Shown in pieces: positions 12,624 through 24,313 of a stretch of DNA of 64,000 nt. Under the pieces are notes generated by a model, which saw only the letters and a program-made list of their open reading frames with translations, was not told the origin of the DNA and searched no databases. The DNA comes from Mobula birostris (lineage: Eukaryota): assembly GCF_030028105.1 (NCBI RefSeq), contig NC_092371.1, positions 150,918,490-150,982,489 of the forward strand. The letters are read 5' to 3'. Each line of letters starts with the position of its first letter. Position 1 is the first letter of the stretch. Position numbers and translations under genes: made by a program.

Positions 12624-14257
12624 AAAAGACACTAGAGCAGAATTAGGCCATTCAGCCCATCAAGTCTGTTCTGCCATTCCTTCATGGTTGAGGTTCCACT
12701 GTTAACTAATAAATAAATTTATTGTCCCTCTCATGTCCATTCTCTTACTTTCACTCTGTAAGCTTTGATGCCCTTACTAATCAAAAAACTATCAATTTCC
12801 TCTTTAAATATACACAATAACTTGTCTTCCGCAGCTGCCTGTGGCAATGATTTCCACAAATCATTCCAGTCTGGCCACATTCGCACCTCAATTGCAATCT
12901 GCACTCTCAGCAACACCAGATAACAGAAGAAACACCTTTGATCCCTTTTCAACTTGTAATCCCTGTTGCTCACATAGGACATCTTGGGCCTTGTATACAG
13001 CCAAACAAAAGCAATGCCAGCTCTCCGTGCAGTGCTGTTATATCACATATTGTTATGCACCTTGCAATTTCTATTTCTTTTAGTGGCAAAGCTTTGCTCT
13101 GAAGCTTCATTTCCACTTTTGTTTGGATGTAAATGGTCCCTTGGTTCTATTTTAATGGAAAATAAAAAGTTCTCCTTGGTGCCCTGGTCAATTTTTATGC
13201 CTCCACGAGCATCAATAAAGCAAACCATTTATCTGGACACAGCTTGCTTTTTGTGGCACTTTGCTATACTGGGGATTCTGCATCACCCAAAAGTAATTAC
13301 GCTTCATTGGCAGTAAAGCACATAGTGTTTTCTGTAATCGGAATAAGGACCAAAATACACATCCTGCCGATTCAAAGCAAATGAGACTGGAAGACACAAC
13401 GTGGCAAGGTTTAATTTATTTCTTGCTATATTTTCAGTGATGCTACAAGGTGTTTTAAAGCTCTTTTTCTGTTTACTATCCACTTTGGATTGTTCCCTGT
13501 TTAGAACAACCTGACAGAATATTTGCATGTTACATGATGACTATTGGGAAATAAACATAATATAGTCCAACTGTGTGATGTTGTGACAGCACTGAACACA
13601 GATCCAGTTGGCAGCAGTGTGCGAAACTCAGACAATTTTTTTAATCGGCAATTTTCATACTTTTACCAGCCTACTTATCCAACCTGTAAGAGAGGGATTG
13701 TGTGTTGGGATTCTTCCAGTGGCCTCCGAATTGCCCAGATTGTTTTAAGGTCCCCAAGGTATTTCTCTGTCAATTCAGTCATTTTATCCTTCTGCACAAA
13801 ATGCATTAGAGGTAAATTAGGTTCTGATAGAGACATTTTATAGAATGAAAATTGCTAGAAGAGGAAGAGAATGTGATTCCAATGATCCATCACAAAGCTA
13901 ATGGATTTTACAGCAGCTGAGATATTGATATTTTTCATGACATCCTGCAAGTTCATGTGATAGTTTGTACGTGTGCTTAATTTTGCAGACAGAGTAGTTA
14001 TGTTGGAGCCTACACCACTGAGGCCAAGTCATTGGGTGTATTTAAGGCAGAGGTTAGCCAGGGCATCAAAGTGTATAGGGTGAAGGCAGGGGAGTGGGGA
14101 TAACTGGAGGAACTGGATCAGCCCACGATTGAATGGCGGAGCAGACTCGATGGGCTGAATGGCCTACTTCTGCTCCTATATCTTATGGTCTTATGATATC
14201 ACCCAACTCCACCCCTCCCAATAGAATGGCAGACAATGTAGGAGTTAATGCAAAACT

Positions 14258-14498
14258 TCACAGCGTCAGCTGTAAGATGGGGATTTGATTTGCACCACTG
14301 TCTGTAAGGAGTTTGTACATTCTACCCGTGATCATGTAGGTTTGCCCTGGGTGCTCTGGTTTCCTCCCACATTCCAAAGACATTAGGTTAGGTTTGGTGA
14401 GTTTTGGGCATGCTATGTTGGCACTGAAGTGTGGTAACACTTGTGGGCTGTCCAGCAGAACCCTTGCTGTTTTGATTTGACACATCAATGCATTTCAA
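14258..14498 (+). mobile_element. V-SINE (HE1-like), with tail continuing at about 16970-17020 after the CR1 insertion
   Basis: V-domain-like ggagtttgtacattct...gggtgctctggtttcctcccacattccaaagac. Confidence 0.7.
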
Positions 14499-16970
14499 TA
14501 GACAATAGGTGCAGGAGTAGGCCATTCAGCCCTTCGAGCCAGCACCGCCATTCACTGTGATCATGGCTGATCATCCACAATCAGTATCCAGTTCCTGCCT
14601 TATCCTCTTAACCTTTGATTCCACTATCTTTAAGAGCTCTATCCATCTCTTTCTTGAAAACATCCAAAGACTTGGCCTCCACTGCCTTCTGAGGCAAAGC
14701 ATTCCACATATCCACCACTCTCTGAGTGAAAAACTTTTTCCTCAACTCCATTCTAAATGGCCTACCCCTTATCCTTAAACTGTGGCCTCTGGTTCTGGAC
14801 TCACCCATCAGCGGGAACATGCTTCCTGCCTCCAGCGTGTCCAATCCCTTAATAATCTTATATGTTTCAATCAGATCCCCTCTCATCCTTCTAAATTCCA
14901 GTGTATACAAGCCCAGTCTCTCCAATCTTTCAACATATGACAATCCCGCCATCCCGGGAATTAACCTTGTGAACCTACGCTGCACTCCCTCAATAGCAAG
15001 AATGTCCTTCCTCAAATTTGGAGACCAAAACTACACACAATACTCCAGGTATGGTCTCACCAGGGTCCTGTACAGCTGCAGAAGGACCTCTTTGCTCTTA
15101 TACTCAATTCCCCTTGTTATGAAGGCCAACATGCTATTAGCTTTCTTCACTGCCTGCTGTATCTGCATGCTTGCTTTCAGTGACTGATGTACAAGAACAC
15201 CTAGATCTCATTGTGCTTCTCCTTTTCCTAACTTGACTCCATTTAGATAATAATCTGCCTTCCCGTCCTTAGAACCAAAGTGGATAACCTCACATTTATC
15301 CACATTAAACTGCATCTGCCATGCATCCACCCACTCACCCAACCCGTCCAAGTCACCCTGCATTCTCATAACATCCTCCTCACATTTCACCCTGCCACCC
15401 AGCTTTGTGTCATCTGCAAATTTGCTAATGTTACTTTTAATCCCCTCATCTAAATCATTAATGTATATTGTAAACAGCTGCGGTCCCAGCACTGAACCCT
15501 GCGGTACCCCACTGGTCACCGCATGCCATTCCGAAAGGGTCCCGTTAATCACTACTCTTTGTTTCCTGTCAGCCAGCCAATTTTCAATTCACGTCAGTCC
15601 TCTGCCACCAATACCATGTGCCCTAATTTTGCCCACTAATCTCCTTATTGGGACTTTATCAAAGGCTTTCTGTAAGTCCAGATACACTACATCCACTGGC
15701 TTTCCCTTGTCCATTTTCATAGTTACATCCTCAAAAAATTCCAGAAGATTAGTCAAGCACGATTTCCCCTTCATAAATCCATGCTGACTCAGACCTATCC
15801 TGTTATTGCTATGCAGATGTGTCGTAATTTCATCTTTTATAATTGACTCCAGCATCTTTCCCACCACTGACGTCAGGCTGACCGGTCTATAATTCCCCGT
15901 TTTCTCTCTCCCTCCTTTCTTGGAAAATGGGACAACATTAGCCACCCTCCAATCCACAGGAACTGATCCTGAATCTATAGAACATTGGAAAATGATTACC
16001 AATGCGTCTACAATTTCTAAAGCCACCTCCTTAAGTACCCTGGGATGCAGACCATCAGGTCCCGGGGACTTATCAGCCTTCAGACCCAACAGTCTATCCA
16101 ACACCATTTCCTGCCTAATATAAATTTCCTTCAGTTCATCCATTAACCTAGGTCCTTTGGCCACTATTATATCTGGGAGATTGTTTGTGTCTTCCCTAGT
16201 GAAGACAGATCCAAAGTACCTGTTCAACTCGTCTGCCATTTCCTTGTTCCCCATAATAAATTCACCCGTTTCTGTCTTCAAGGACCCAAGTTTGGTCTAA
16301 ACTATTTTTTTCCTTTTCACATACCTAAAGAAGCTTTTACTATCCTCCTTTATATTCTTGGCTAGTTTCCCTTCGTATCTCATTTTTTCTCCATGTATTA
16401 CCTTTTTAGTTATCTTCTGCTGCTCTTTAAAAGTTTTCCAATCCTCTGGCTTCCCACTCACCTTTGCTATGTTATACTTCTTCTCTTTTATCTTTATACT
16501 GTCCTTCACTTCCCTTGTCAGCCACGTCCTCCCCTTACTCCCCTTAGAATCTTTCTTCCTCTTTGGAATGAACTGAATCTGCACCTTCTGCATTATTCCC
16601 AGAAATACCTGCCAATGTTGTTCCACTGTCAACCCTGCTAGAGTATTGTTCCATTGAACTTTGGCCAGCTCCTCCCTCATAGCTCCATAGTTCCCTTTGT
16701 TCAACTGTAATACTGACACTTCCAATTTTCCCTTCTCCCTCTCAAATTGTAGATTAGAAGTTATCATATTATATGGTCAATACCTCCTAATGGCTCCTTT
16801 ACCTGGAGGTCCCTGATCAAATCCGGATCATTGCACAACATTAAATCTAGAATTGCGTTCTCTCTGGTAGGCTCCAGTACAAGCTGATCTAAGAATCCAT
16901 CTCGGAGGCACTCCACAAACTCCCTTTCTTGAGGTCAGTACCAACCTGATTCCTCCAGTCTACCTGCAGA
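14499..16970 (-). mobile_element. CR1 LINE, second subfamily, 5'-truncated in the endonuclease/linker region
   Basis: ORFs 16297..16767, 15589..16281, 15208..15552 and 14608..15015 give a contiguous CR1 ORF2 with canonical RT motifs. Confidence 0.95.
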
Positions 16971-17282
16971 CTTCACTGTATGTTTCAATGTACATGTGAC
17001 AAATAGAGCTAATTTGAACTTTCCTCATAAAGTTACAGATTATCCAACAACTTGGAGAACAAAAAAACGATTTTGAGTATACAGAGGAATAACACAAATG
17101 ATTGAAATGGTAGCGTAAAAGTCCTTTTATAGAAACCATCAGTACTCTGTCTCTGCCTTCTCTTCCCCACAACTCCCTCTTCTGTCTGCTGGTTTTCTCT
17201 TTGTCTTTTGTAGCTGGATCCATTCGTATCATTCATACTTGATGATCTCTCATGATCATCATGTGGAATTGGCCAATAATTA

Positions 17283-17590
17283 GGGGTGGTTTGGTAGCGT
17301 AGTGGTCTGCACAACGTATTACAGTACCAGCGACTGGGGTTCAATCCCTACAGCTGCCTGTAGGGTGACCACATGCCCTTCCTCCGGGTGCCCTGGTTTC
17401 CTTCCACATTCCAGAGATGTACGAATTGGGAAGTTAATTGGGTTTTGTAAATTATCCTGTGATTAGGCTAGGATTAAATCGGGGGATTGCTGGGCAGAGT
17501 GGCTAGAAGGGCCGAAGGGTCCTATTCTGCACAATATCTCCATCAATAAGTAAATAGATAGGTAGATAATAAATAAACAAACAATCATAT
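17283..17590 (+). mobile_element. tRNA-derived V-SINE (HE1-like)
   Basis: A-box-like tagcgtagtgg, B-box-like ggttcaatccc, V-domain ccgggtgccctggtttccttccacattcc and AT-rich tail. Confidence 0.7.
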
Positions 17591-18295
17591 AAATAAATAC
17601 CAGCTTTTATGTCATTCTAAACCAGATATCATAGAATCTGGTCATTTAAAGGACAGTGATTTGAGGCAACAGAGGGGCAGGTGGATATAACAGAAATGAT
17701 CTGCCTGTAATAGAGGGATATGAACGTCAGCCATAGATGGAAGTGTTCTAAAAACACACACATAGGAAATGTTTCAGAAGGCTATATGGTCAGAGTAAAA
17801 CTTTGCAAACGTTCTTGCAGATAGTTTTACAATGCTGATCTTTTTTCAATCGAAGTCCACTTCACTATAAATAGTAAATAAAATAAGAGCACCCATCTGT
17901 GTTTTTTTATAAGTTCCGTGCTCTTCAAGCTGAGCCCATCTTCACAGCATTACACTGAAGTAGGATTGGATGTGACATTGAGGTGGTCACGTCTGGGGAA
18001 AGTGAACTGACCTCGCAACCTTAAAGAAATCCAATGTGATAATGCTTGGCCTGTATAAGTCATTGCAAAAATTGTTTGAAACTGTTGAAGCTTTCATTCC
18101 AGTGCAGTCACAAGGAACAAGAAAATATTCTTATTTTGTAAAGGAAAATAATGCAGCTGGTGGAAATTTGAAACTAAAGACAGAGATTGGTGGAAATACT
18201 CAACAGTAAGGCAGCTTCTGTGAAAAGAGAAACAGAGTGAAAATTTCAGGCCATAGAGATTTCAACAAAATATTTTATAATCTCTACATTACTAA

Positions 18296-18586
18296 GTGTG
18301 GTACATGGCCAAGTGGTTAAGGCATTGGACTAGCGATCTGAAGGTTGTGAGTTCAAGCCCCAGCTGAGGCAGTATGTTGTGTCCTTGAGCAAGGCACTTA
18401 ACCACACACTGCTCCAGTCCACCCAGCTGATAATGGGTACCGGCAAAGTGCTGGGGGTTAACCTCGCGATAGACTGGCGTCCTATCGGGGGGGGGGGGGG
18501 GGTGGTGGAAGTCTCATACTCTCACGGAAACCGGCATAATCACTGGCCTGATGAAGCATGTGACAGACTTTATCTTTAACTTATAA
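18296..18586 (+). mobile_element. tRNA-derived SINE with CORE-like central domain
   Basis: A box tggccaagtgg, B box gagttcaagcc, CORE-like gtgtccttgagcaaggcacttaacc and 8-bp TSD attactaa (18288-18295, 18587-18594). Confidence 0.85.
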
Positions 18587-19235
18587 ATTACTAAAATTCT
18601 CATCCTGTTTATCTATTTGTTGATTTGTCTGTTTGTGCCCTCAAAATTAGCCCAAACGGTGCATTAAAGCGGCACTTTTTTTGACTAAATGGACATAAAA
18701 TGTGCTAACTTACAGAATGCATGCAAAGGTCAGGGTTATATTCATATAAAATTGCTCATTTGTCAACAGGCCCTACTTTCCACACCTGATTCCAGCTTTC
18801 GTGGAAACCACAACGCGACACCATGACGCATGCGCACAGCTAGCCTCAGTAGCACCTCGCGATGCTCACAGCAGTGACACCAGCCACAGCAAAAGGGCAG
18901 GCAGCTCTATTTCGAGCAGTCACATTCTGCTAATCACCATCAGCATGTGCAAGATTGAGACAGATCAAACTGCGACCCATCAATAAGAGATAATTAAATC
19001 TTACTAGACAACGGGGTGACCCGTTGGGGCACCCTTTGAGGGAAGGATAGTGCAGTCTGATGTGACCAGAATGAACATTAAATTTTCCTGAATGCTATTG
19101 GTATCGCTTTGCTTTGCAAACTGAAGTAGTAAACCTCAGTTTATTAAAGAAGGACGACGCGTAGCAAAGCAAAAATAGCTCATCCTCATTTAATGAAGGA
19201 CACTTTTGATGGCATCATATCTGGCTTATCTGCCA

Positions 19236-20342
19236 TCCAGGACATCTCAAATGTCCTCTTTCTTTAAGGATCGTGGTTTCCCTTCTGTCATCATCAACGA
19301 TGCCTTCACCCACTTCTCCTCCATTTCCCGCACTTCGGCCCTCACCCCATCCTCCTGCCACCACAACAGGAACAGAGTTCCCCTTGTCCTCACCTACCAC
19401 CCCACCAGCCTCCGGATCCAGCACATCATCCTCTGCAACTTCCGCCACTTTCAACAGGACCCCACCACTAAACACATCTTTCCCTCTCTACCCCTCTCTG
19501 CTTTCCGCAGGGATCGTTCCCTCCGCGACTCCCTGGTCCACACATCACTCCCCACGGATCTCCCACCCGGCACTTATCCCTGTAAGCACAAGTGCTACAC
19601 CTGTCCCTACACCTCTTCTCTTGCCACCATTCAGGGCCCCAAACAGTCCTTCCAGTGAGGCAACACTTCACTTGTGAGCCTGTTGGGGTCATCTATTGCA
19701 TCTGGTACTCCCGGTGTGGCCTCCTCTACATCGGTGAAACCCGACGCAGATTGGGGGACTGCTTCGTCGAGCACCTCCATTCCATCCGCCACAACAGACA
19801 GGATTTCCCGGTTGTCACCACTTCAACTCCGCTTCACATTCCCATTCAGATATATCCGTGCGTGGCCTCCTCTACTGGCATGATGAGGCTAAACTCAGGT
19901 TAGAGGAGCAACACTTCATATACCGTCTGGGTAGTCTCCAGGCCCTGGGCATGAACATTGAATTCTCCAACTTCCAGTAATACCCTCCCCCTTCCTTCTC
20001 CCATCCCTGTTTCACTCTGCCCCCTCCCCCTGCTGCCTATCACCTCCCTCATTGTTCTGCCTCCTTCTACTACCCATTGTGCTTTCCCCTATTCCTTCTT
20101 CACCTTTCCTGCCTATCACCTCCCTGCTTCCCCTCCCCCACCCCTATATCTTTCCCCTTACTGGTTTTTCACCTGGCACCTACCAGCCTTCTCCTTCCCA
20201 TCCTCTCCCCATCTCCCTTATAGGGCCTCTGCCTCCTCCCTCTTCAGTCCTGACGAAGGGTTCTGGCCCGAAACATTGACTGATCATTTCCACAGATGCT
20301 GCCCGACCTGCTGAGTTCCTCCAGCGTGTTGTGAGTGTTGCT
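19236..20342 (+). mobile_element. Penelope-like element fragment inside the inner Helitron
   Basis: SQMSSFFKDRGFP..RVPLVLTYHP..GTYPCKHKCYTCPY..VIYCIWYSRCGLLYIGET, then a pyrimidine tract and hammerhead motif. Confidence 0.9.
20245..20282 (+). ncRNA. Minimal type I hammerhead ribozyme motif (Penelope-associated)
   Basis: cagtc-CTGACGA-a-gggt-tctg-gccc-GAAA-ca-tt-gactg. Stem I cagtc/gactg, intact CUGANGA and GAAA cores, 4-bp stem II. Confidence 0.75.
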
Positions 20343-21460
20343 CTGCCACCCTTGTGCCTCTCGTTGTCATTCTGGAGACATGCAGCCCTTTCATCCCGTC
20401 TCTTCATCTCTTCTGCTGTTTGTTGTTTATCTCTGATCCTGGAGACGTGCATGCCTCTCCTCCTCTGTCTCTTCTTTTCTCATTTTTTTTGTCCTGACTC
20501 TTTGATCCTGGAGCCGTGCGGCCCTGGCCTCATCCGATTCTTGTTCTCTCCCTCTCCTTGCTGCTTCCCGACAACATTTAGCATCATCTCTTGACCATAA
20601 TGTCCCCCTTCTCTTTCCATGTGGCATAATTAGGCTGACCATTTTTTTTACCCTAATGATGGATAGAAGATGTGAAGCAGTAACACCAAAGGATGCTGAT
20701 TCATCTTGATGATGTGGTTGGCGCTCTCCTAAATGGACATGATATAGTCACAGCTGTCTTTTGACTGCAGCAAAGGGTTTCATGGGTGTCTCAGAGTATG
20801 TCATTACAATAAGATTTAATTATCTCTTATTGATGGGTGGCAGTTAGATCTGTCCCAATCCTGCACATGCTGATGGTGTTTAGCAGAATGTGACCCTTCG
20901 AAATAGAGATGCCCTGCCCTTTTTTGCTCTGGTAGGTGTCGCTACTGAGACTGGCCGTGTGCCTGTGTCGGGCTGTCGCGTCCCGATTTCCATGATGGCC
21001 GATCAGGTCTCGGGTTAAAAGGGAGGCTGTTTATTTTGGTGATTGAGAAATTTTATACGAATATATAACCCTGAACTTTGCCTGCATTCTGTAAGCTAGC
21101 GCATTTTAATTCGACTTAGCCAAAAAGAGTGCCGCTGTAATGCACCGTTTGTGCTAGTTGGAGGTCACAAACAGATATACAGACAGACAGAGCATGAGAG
21201 TTTTAGTAGTATATAGATTGTAATGAAGTACTTCGAAACACCCATCAAACCCTTTGCTGCAGTCAAAGGACAGTGGTGACTATATCACGTCCATTTAGGA
21301 GAGCGCCAACTACATCATCAAAGGAAATCAGCATCCTGGAGGCTTTGATGCTACTGCTTAGTATCTTCTATCCAGCATTAAGGTTAAAAACAAATGGTCA
21401 GCCTAATTATGCCGCACGGAAAGAGAAGGGGGACATTATGGTCAAGAGATTACGCCAAAC

Positions 21461-23353
21461 CTCTACTATTTGAGACTTCTTCTTCATCATCACATAAAGG
21501 GGCCAGTATCTTTCAAGTCATTGAAAACACGATGGAGATATCCTTTAGTCATTCAAAGATGTCTGCAGAGAGAGAGAGAGAGGATTGTTGCAAGCTGACG
21601 ATCATTGGCAGCAAACTATGGAAAAAGCAGAGAGAACAAGAATGCCCAGAGCAATGAAAGATTTGTTTGTTGTCTTGCTAACAAACACTGAAATCAACAA
21701 TCCACAGCAATTATGGAACCGGTTCAAGAAAGCAAAGTCTGAAGATTTCTCACAAATGGAGAGGAGAACTATCAATGATCCTAATATCATGATGGATGTG
21801 AGGCATCATGGACAAGCTCTTCTGTATTTCCAAGAGAAACTTGAGAACTTGGGCAAAACACCTGAAGAATATAACTTGCTGACACCAAGAAAATGTACAA
21901 TTACTCAAAGTGCTGGCAATCTGGAATTATTGCGTGAACTGCAATACAATAGAGACAGACAGCAGGAACGTGTTTCACAAATGGAGCCTCCATTGAATAA
22001 TGAAGTATATGAATATGTCTGCAACTGCTTGGAAAGGAATCTCTCTTTAATGAATTTCATTGATGCACCAGGAGGAACGAGCAAGACATCTATCATCAAC
22101 TTGATCCTCGCTAAAGTTAGGAGAGATGGTGGTGTTGCTATTGCTGTAGCATCATCTGGTATTGCAGCAACATTGATGCCTGGTGGTAGGACAGTGCATT
22201 CAAGATTCAAGATACCTCTCAAGGTCAATGACGGTGCCCTCTGCAAAATCGATACAAACACCAATACCGCAAATTTACTCCAAAATGCGAGGCTTGTTGT
22301 CTGGGATGAGCGCTCCATGATTAGGAGTGAGAGCTTCGAAGCCGTGGACCGGACTATTCATGAGGTACGAAGCAAGAATGAGGCCTTCGGGGGTATCTTA
22401 ACTATTTGCTGTGGAGATTTCCATCAGCTTCGACCAGTTGTGAAAGGAGGAAATTATGCTAATGTGGAGAATTCATGCATAAAAAAAATCCTGCTTATGG
22501 AGAAACTGCATCAAGTTTCAATTGAAGAGAAACATGCGATTGAGTGAGGGAGAAGGACGATATTCTGAGTTCTTATTGGATGTTGGACAAGACAAGATTG
22601 AGAAAAATGAAAATGATAAAATGGAATTACCTGAAGATATGATTCTGCCAGCAAAATCTATGGAAGGTATGATTCTGCCAGCAAAATCTATGGAAGAATA
22701 TATTCATTTCATCTACCTGACACTCAGCAATCCTGCAGAACTGTTCTCGAGGAATTCTGTCTTGGTTCCTCTCAATGAAATGATGCAAAAAATAAACTTC
22801 ACATGCATTAGACGCTTCCTTGGAATCATGAAAGAATACTGTTCCTTCAATGCTGTAGGTGAAGGAGCTAACGCCACTCATTTTCCAACAGAATTCCTTG
22901 ATTCAGTCGAACTCTCTGGACTGCCAACACATAAACTGGAATTGAAGAGGGGATCTCCCATCATTTCAGTGAGGAATTTGGATCCACCAAGGCTTTGCAA
23001 CGGAACGCGAATGATGATGGAAGAACTGCACGACAATCTCATCGTAGCAAAGATAAGCATTGGTGCGTTCAAAAATGACATTGTCATGATCCCAGGAATT
23101 ACTCTCAGTTTATTAGAAGGGGAAGATGTCCCTCTTCCGCGGAGCCAGTTTCCGATACAGTCAGGCTATGACTATACATAAGGTGCAAGACCAAACCATG
23201 GAGAATGTGTTGATTTATTTGGAGAAACCGGTATTCCAGCATGGTCAGCTGTATGTGGCTTTAAGCCAGGGAAAAAGAAATGAAAACGTTAGAGTATTCC
23301 TGAAGAGTGGCAGACCAACCAGCAATGTTGTCATCAGAAGTGTCCTTCGTTAA
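21461..23353 (+). pseudogene. Helitron RepHel C-terminal half, PIF1-family SF1 helicase (frameshifted)
   Basis: YYLRLLLHHHIKGPVSF, FIDAPGGTSKT (mutated Walker A), AVASSGIAATLMPGGRTVHSRFKIP, VVWDE, FGG..GDFHQLRPV, NMRL, RNLDPPRLCNGTR, AMTIHKVQDQT and VFQHGQLYVALS. Confidence 0.92.
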
Positions 23354-24015
23354 GTGAGGAGGATCTATATTTGTCTTGCTTTGTGTCTTTCTTCTTTAAT
23401 AAACTGAGTTTTTCTTCTTTAATTTCCAAAGCAAAGTGATAGCAATAGCATTCAGGGAAATTTAATGTTCATTCTGGTCACATCAGACTGCACTACCTTT
23501 CTTTCAAAGAGTGCTCCAGTGGGTCACCCGGTTGTCTAGTGCTTTCTTAAATCCAAAGTCAAAGACTTCACATTCCTATATTTCACACTTCATCTTTGTT
23601 GTTTTCTTGGCTATTTAAACTGCCTTGTCTCCCTTTTAGCATTATTTGCAAGCCTTGGTGTGAGACTATCCAGTTACTTAACCAAACTTTTAAGTTAATG
23701 TAAATGGGGATACTTTGAGGCCTTGTATGGATTCCCAACCTCCCATTAATAACAGAATTTTTCCAAACATATTCTAAATAAAAATGACACCTCTTATTTT
23801 TGTACTGTTGCTCCTCACTTTTGATCTCTGAACATGAAGATATATTTGAATGCAGTCAATGCAGTAAAAGTTTGATATAGGAATGATAGATTAATGTTAA
23901 GAAAAGTGAGATTGGTCTACACTTTTTGGATTCTATAAGAATGTGAGGCGATTTCTATGAAACATAAAAAAATTTCTGTCATCATATACAACCCTAAGAT
24001 TCATTTTCTTGTACT

Positions 24016-24264
24016 TGTCACATACCCCGTGACGGGGGTTAAGAAACCAGCAGAGATGGAAAACACTTTGGAGTCTCGTATTGCTATAAACTGCTGATAT
24101 TTATTAATAACTATGCAATACAGTAATATAAATGTAAAATAGATCAAACAGGTTAGCAATGATTATACATAAAAGTAAGTGTGGAATATATATATGTATG
24201 AAAAAACCAAGCTGCTTTAAGTCTGGGAGGGGGGGGGGAGGAGAGAGGAGAGAGGAGAGAGGAG

Positions 24265-24313
<49 letters not shown>

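Larger units (their letters stand above)
19004..21217 (-). mobile_element. Helitron deletion derivative (inner copy, same family, inverted)
   Basis: On the minus strand it starts A|TCTATATACTACTAAAACTCTC and ends with hairpin caacggg-tcac-cccgttg then CTAG|T. Both ends are homologous to the outer copy. It encodes the RepHel N-terminus MPHGKRRGTLWSRD..EARAARLQDQR. Confidence 0.9.
18281..23539 (+). mobile_element. Helitron (outer copy; Rep domain deleted, helicase decayed), interrupted at 18296-18586 and 19004-21217
   Basis: 5' A|TC at 18280/18281, 3' CTAG|T at 23536-23540 after a GC-rich hairpin remnant, no TSD, and PIF1 helicase motifs inside. Confidence 0.9.

Noticed and set aside
12122-12705. 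R/E/A-rich and S/L-rich ORFs
   Set aside because: They are translations of a CT/CG microsatellite.
17150-17275. Strong polypyrimidine tract plus AG at about 17213 as a splice acceptor
   Set aside because: No recognisable peptide or convincing donor follows, and the frames I read close quickly.
18296-18370. tRNA gene
   Set aside because: The acceptor stem is poor, and it continues into a SINE body bounded by a TSD.
21585-23353. Host PIF1 helicase gene
   Set aside because: It is intronless and frameshifted, has a mutated Walker A, and lies within Helitron termini.
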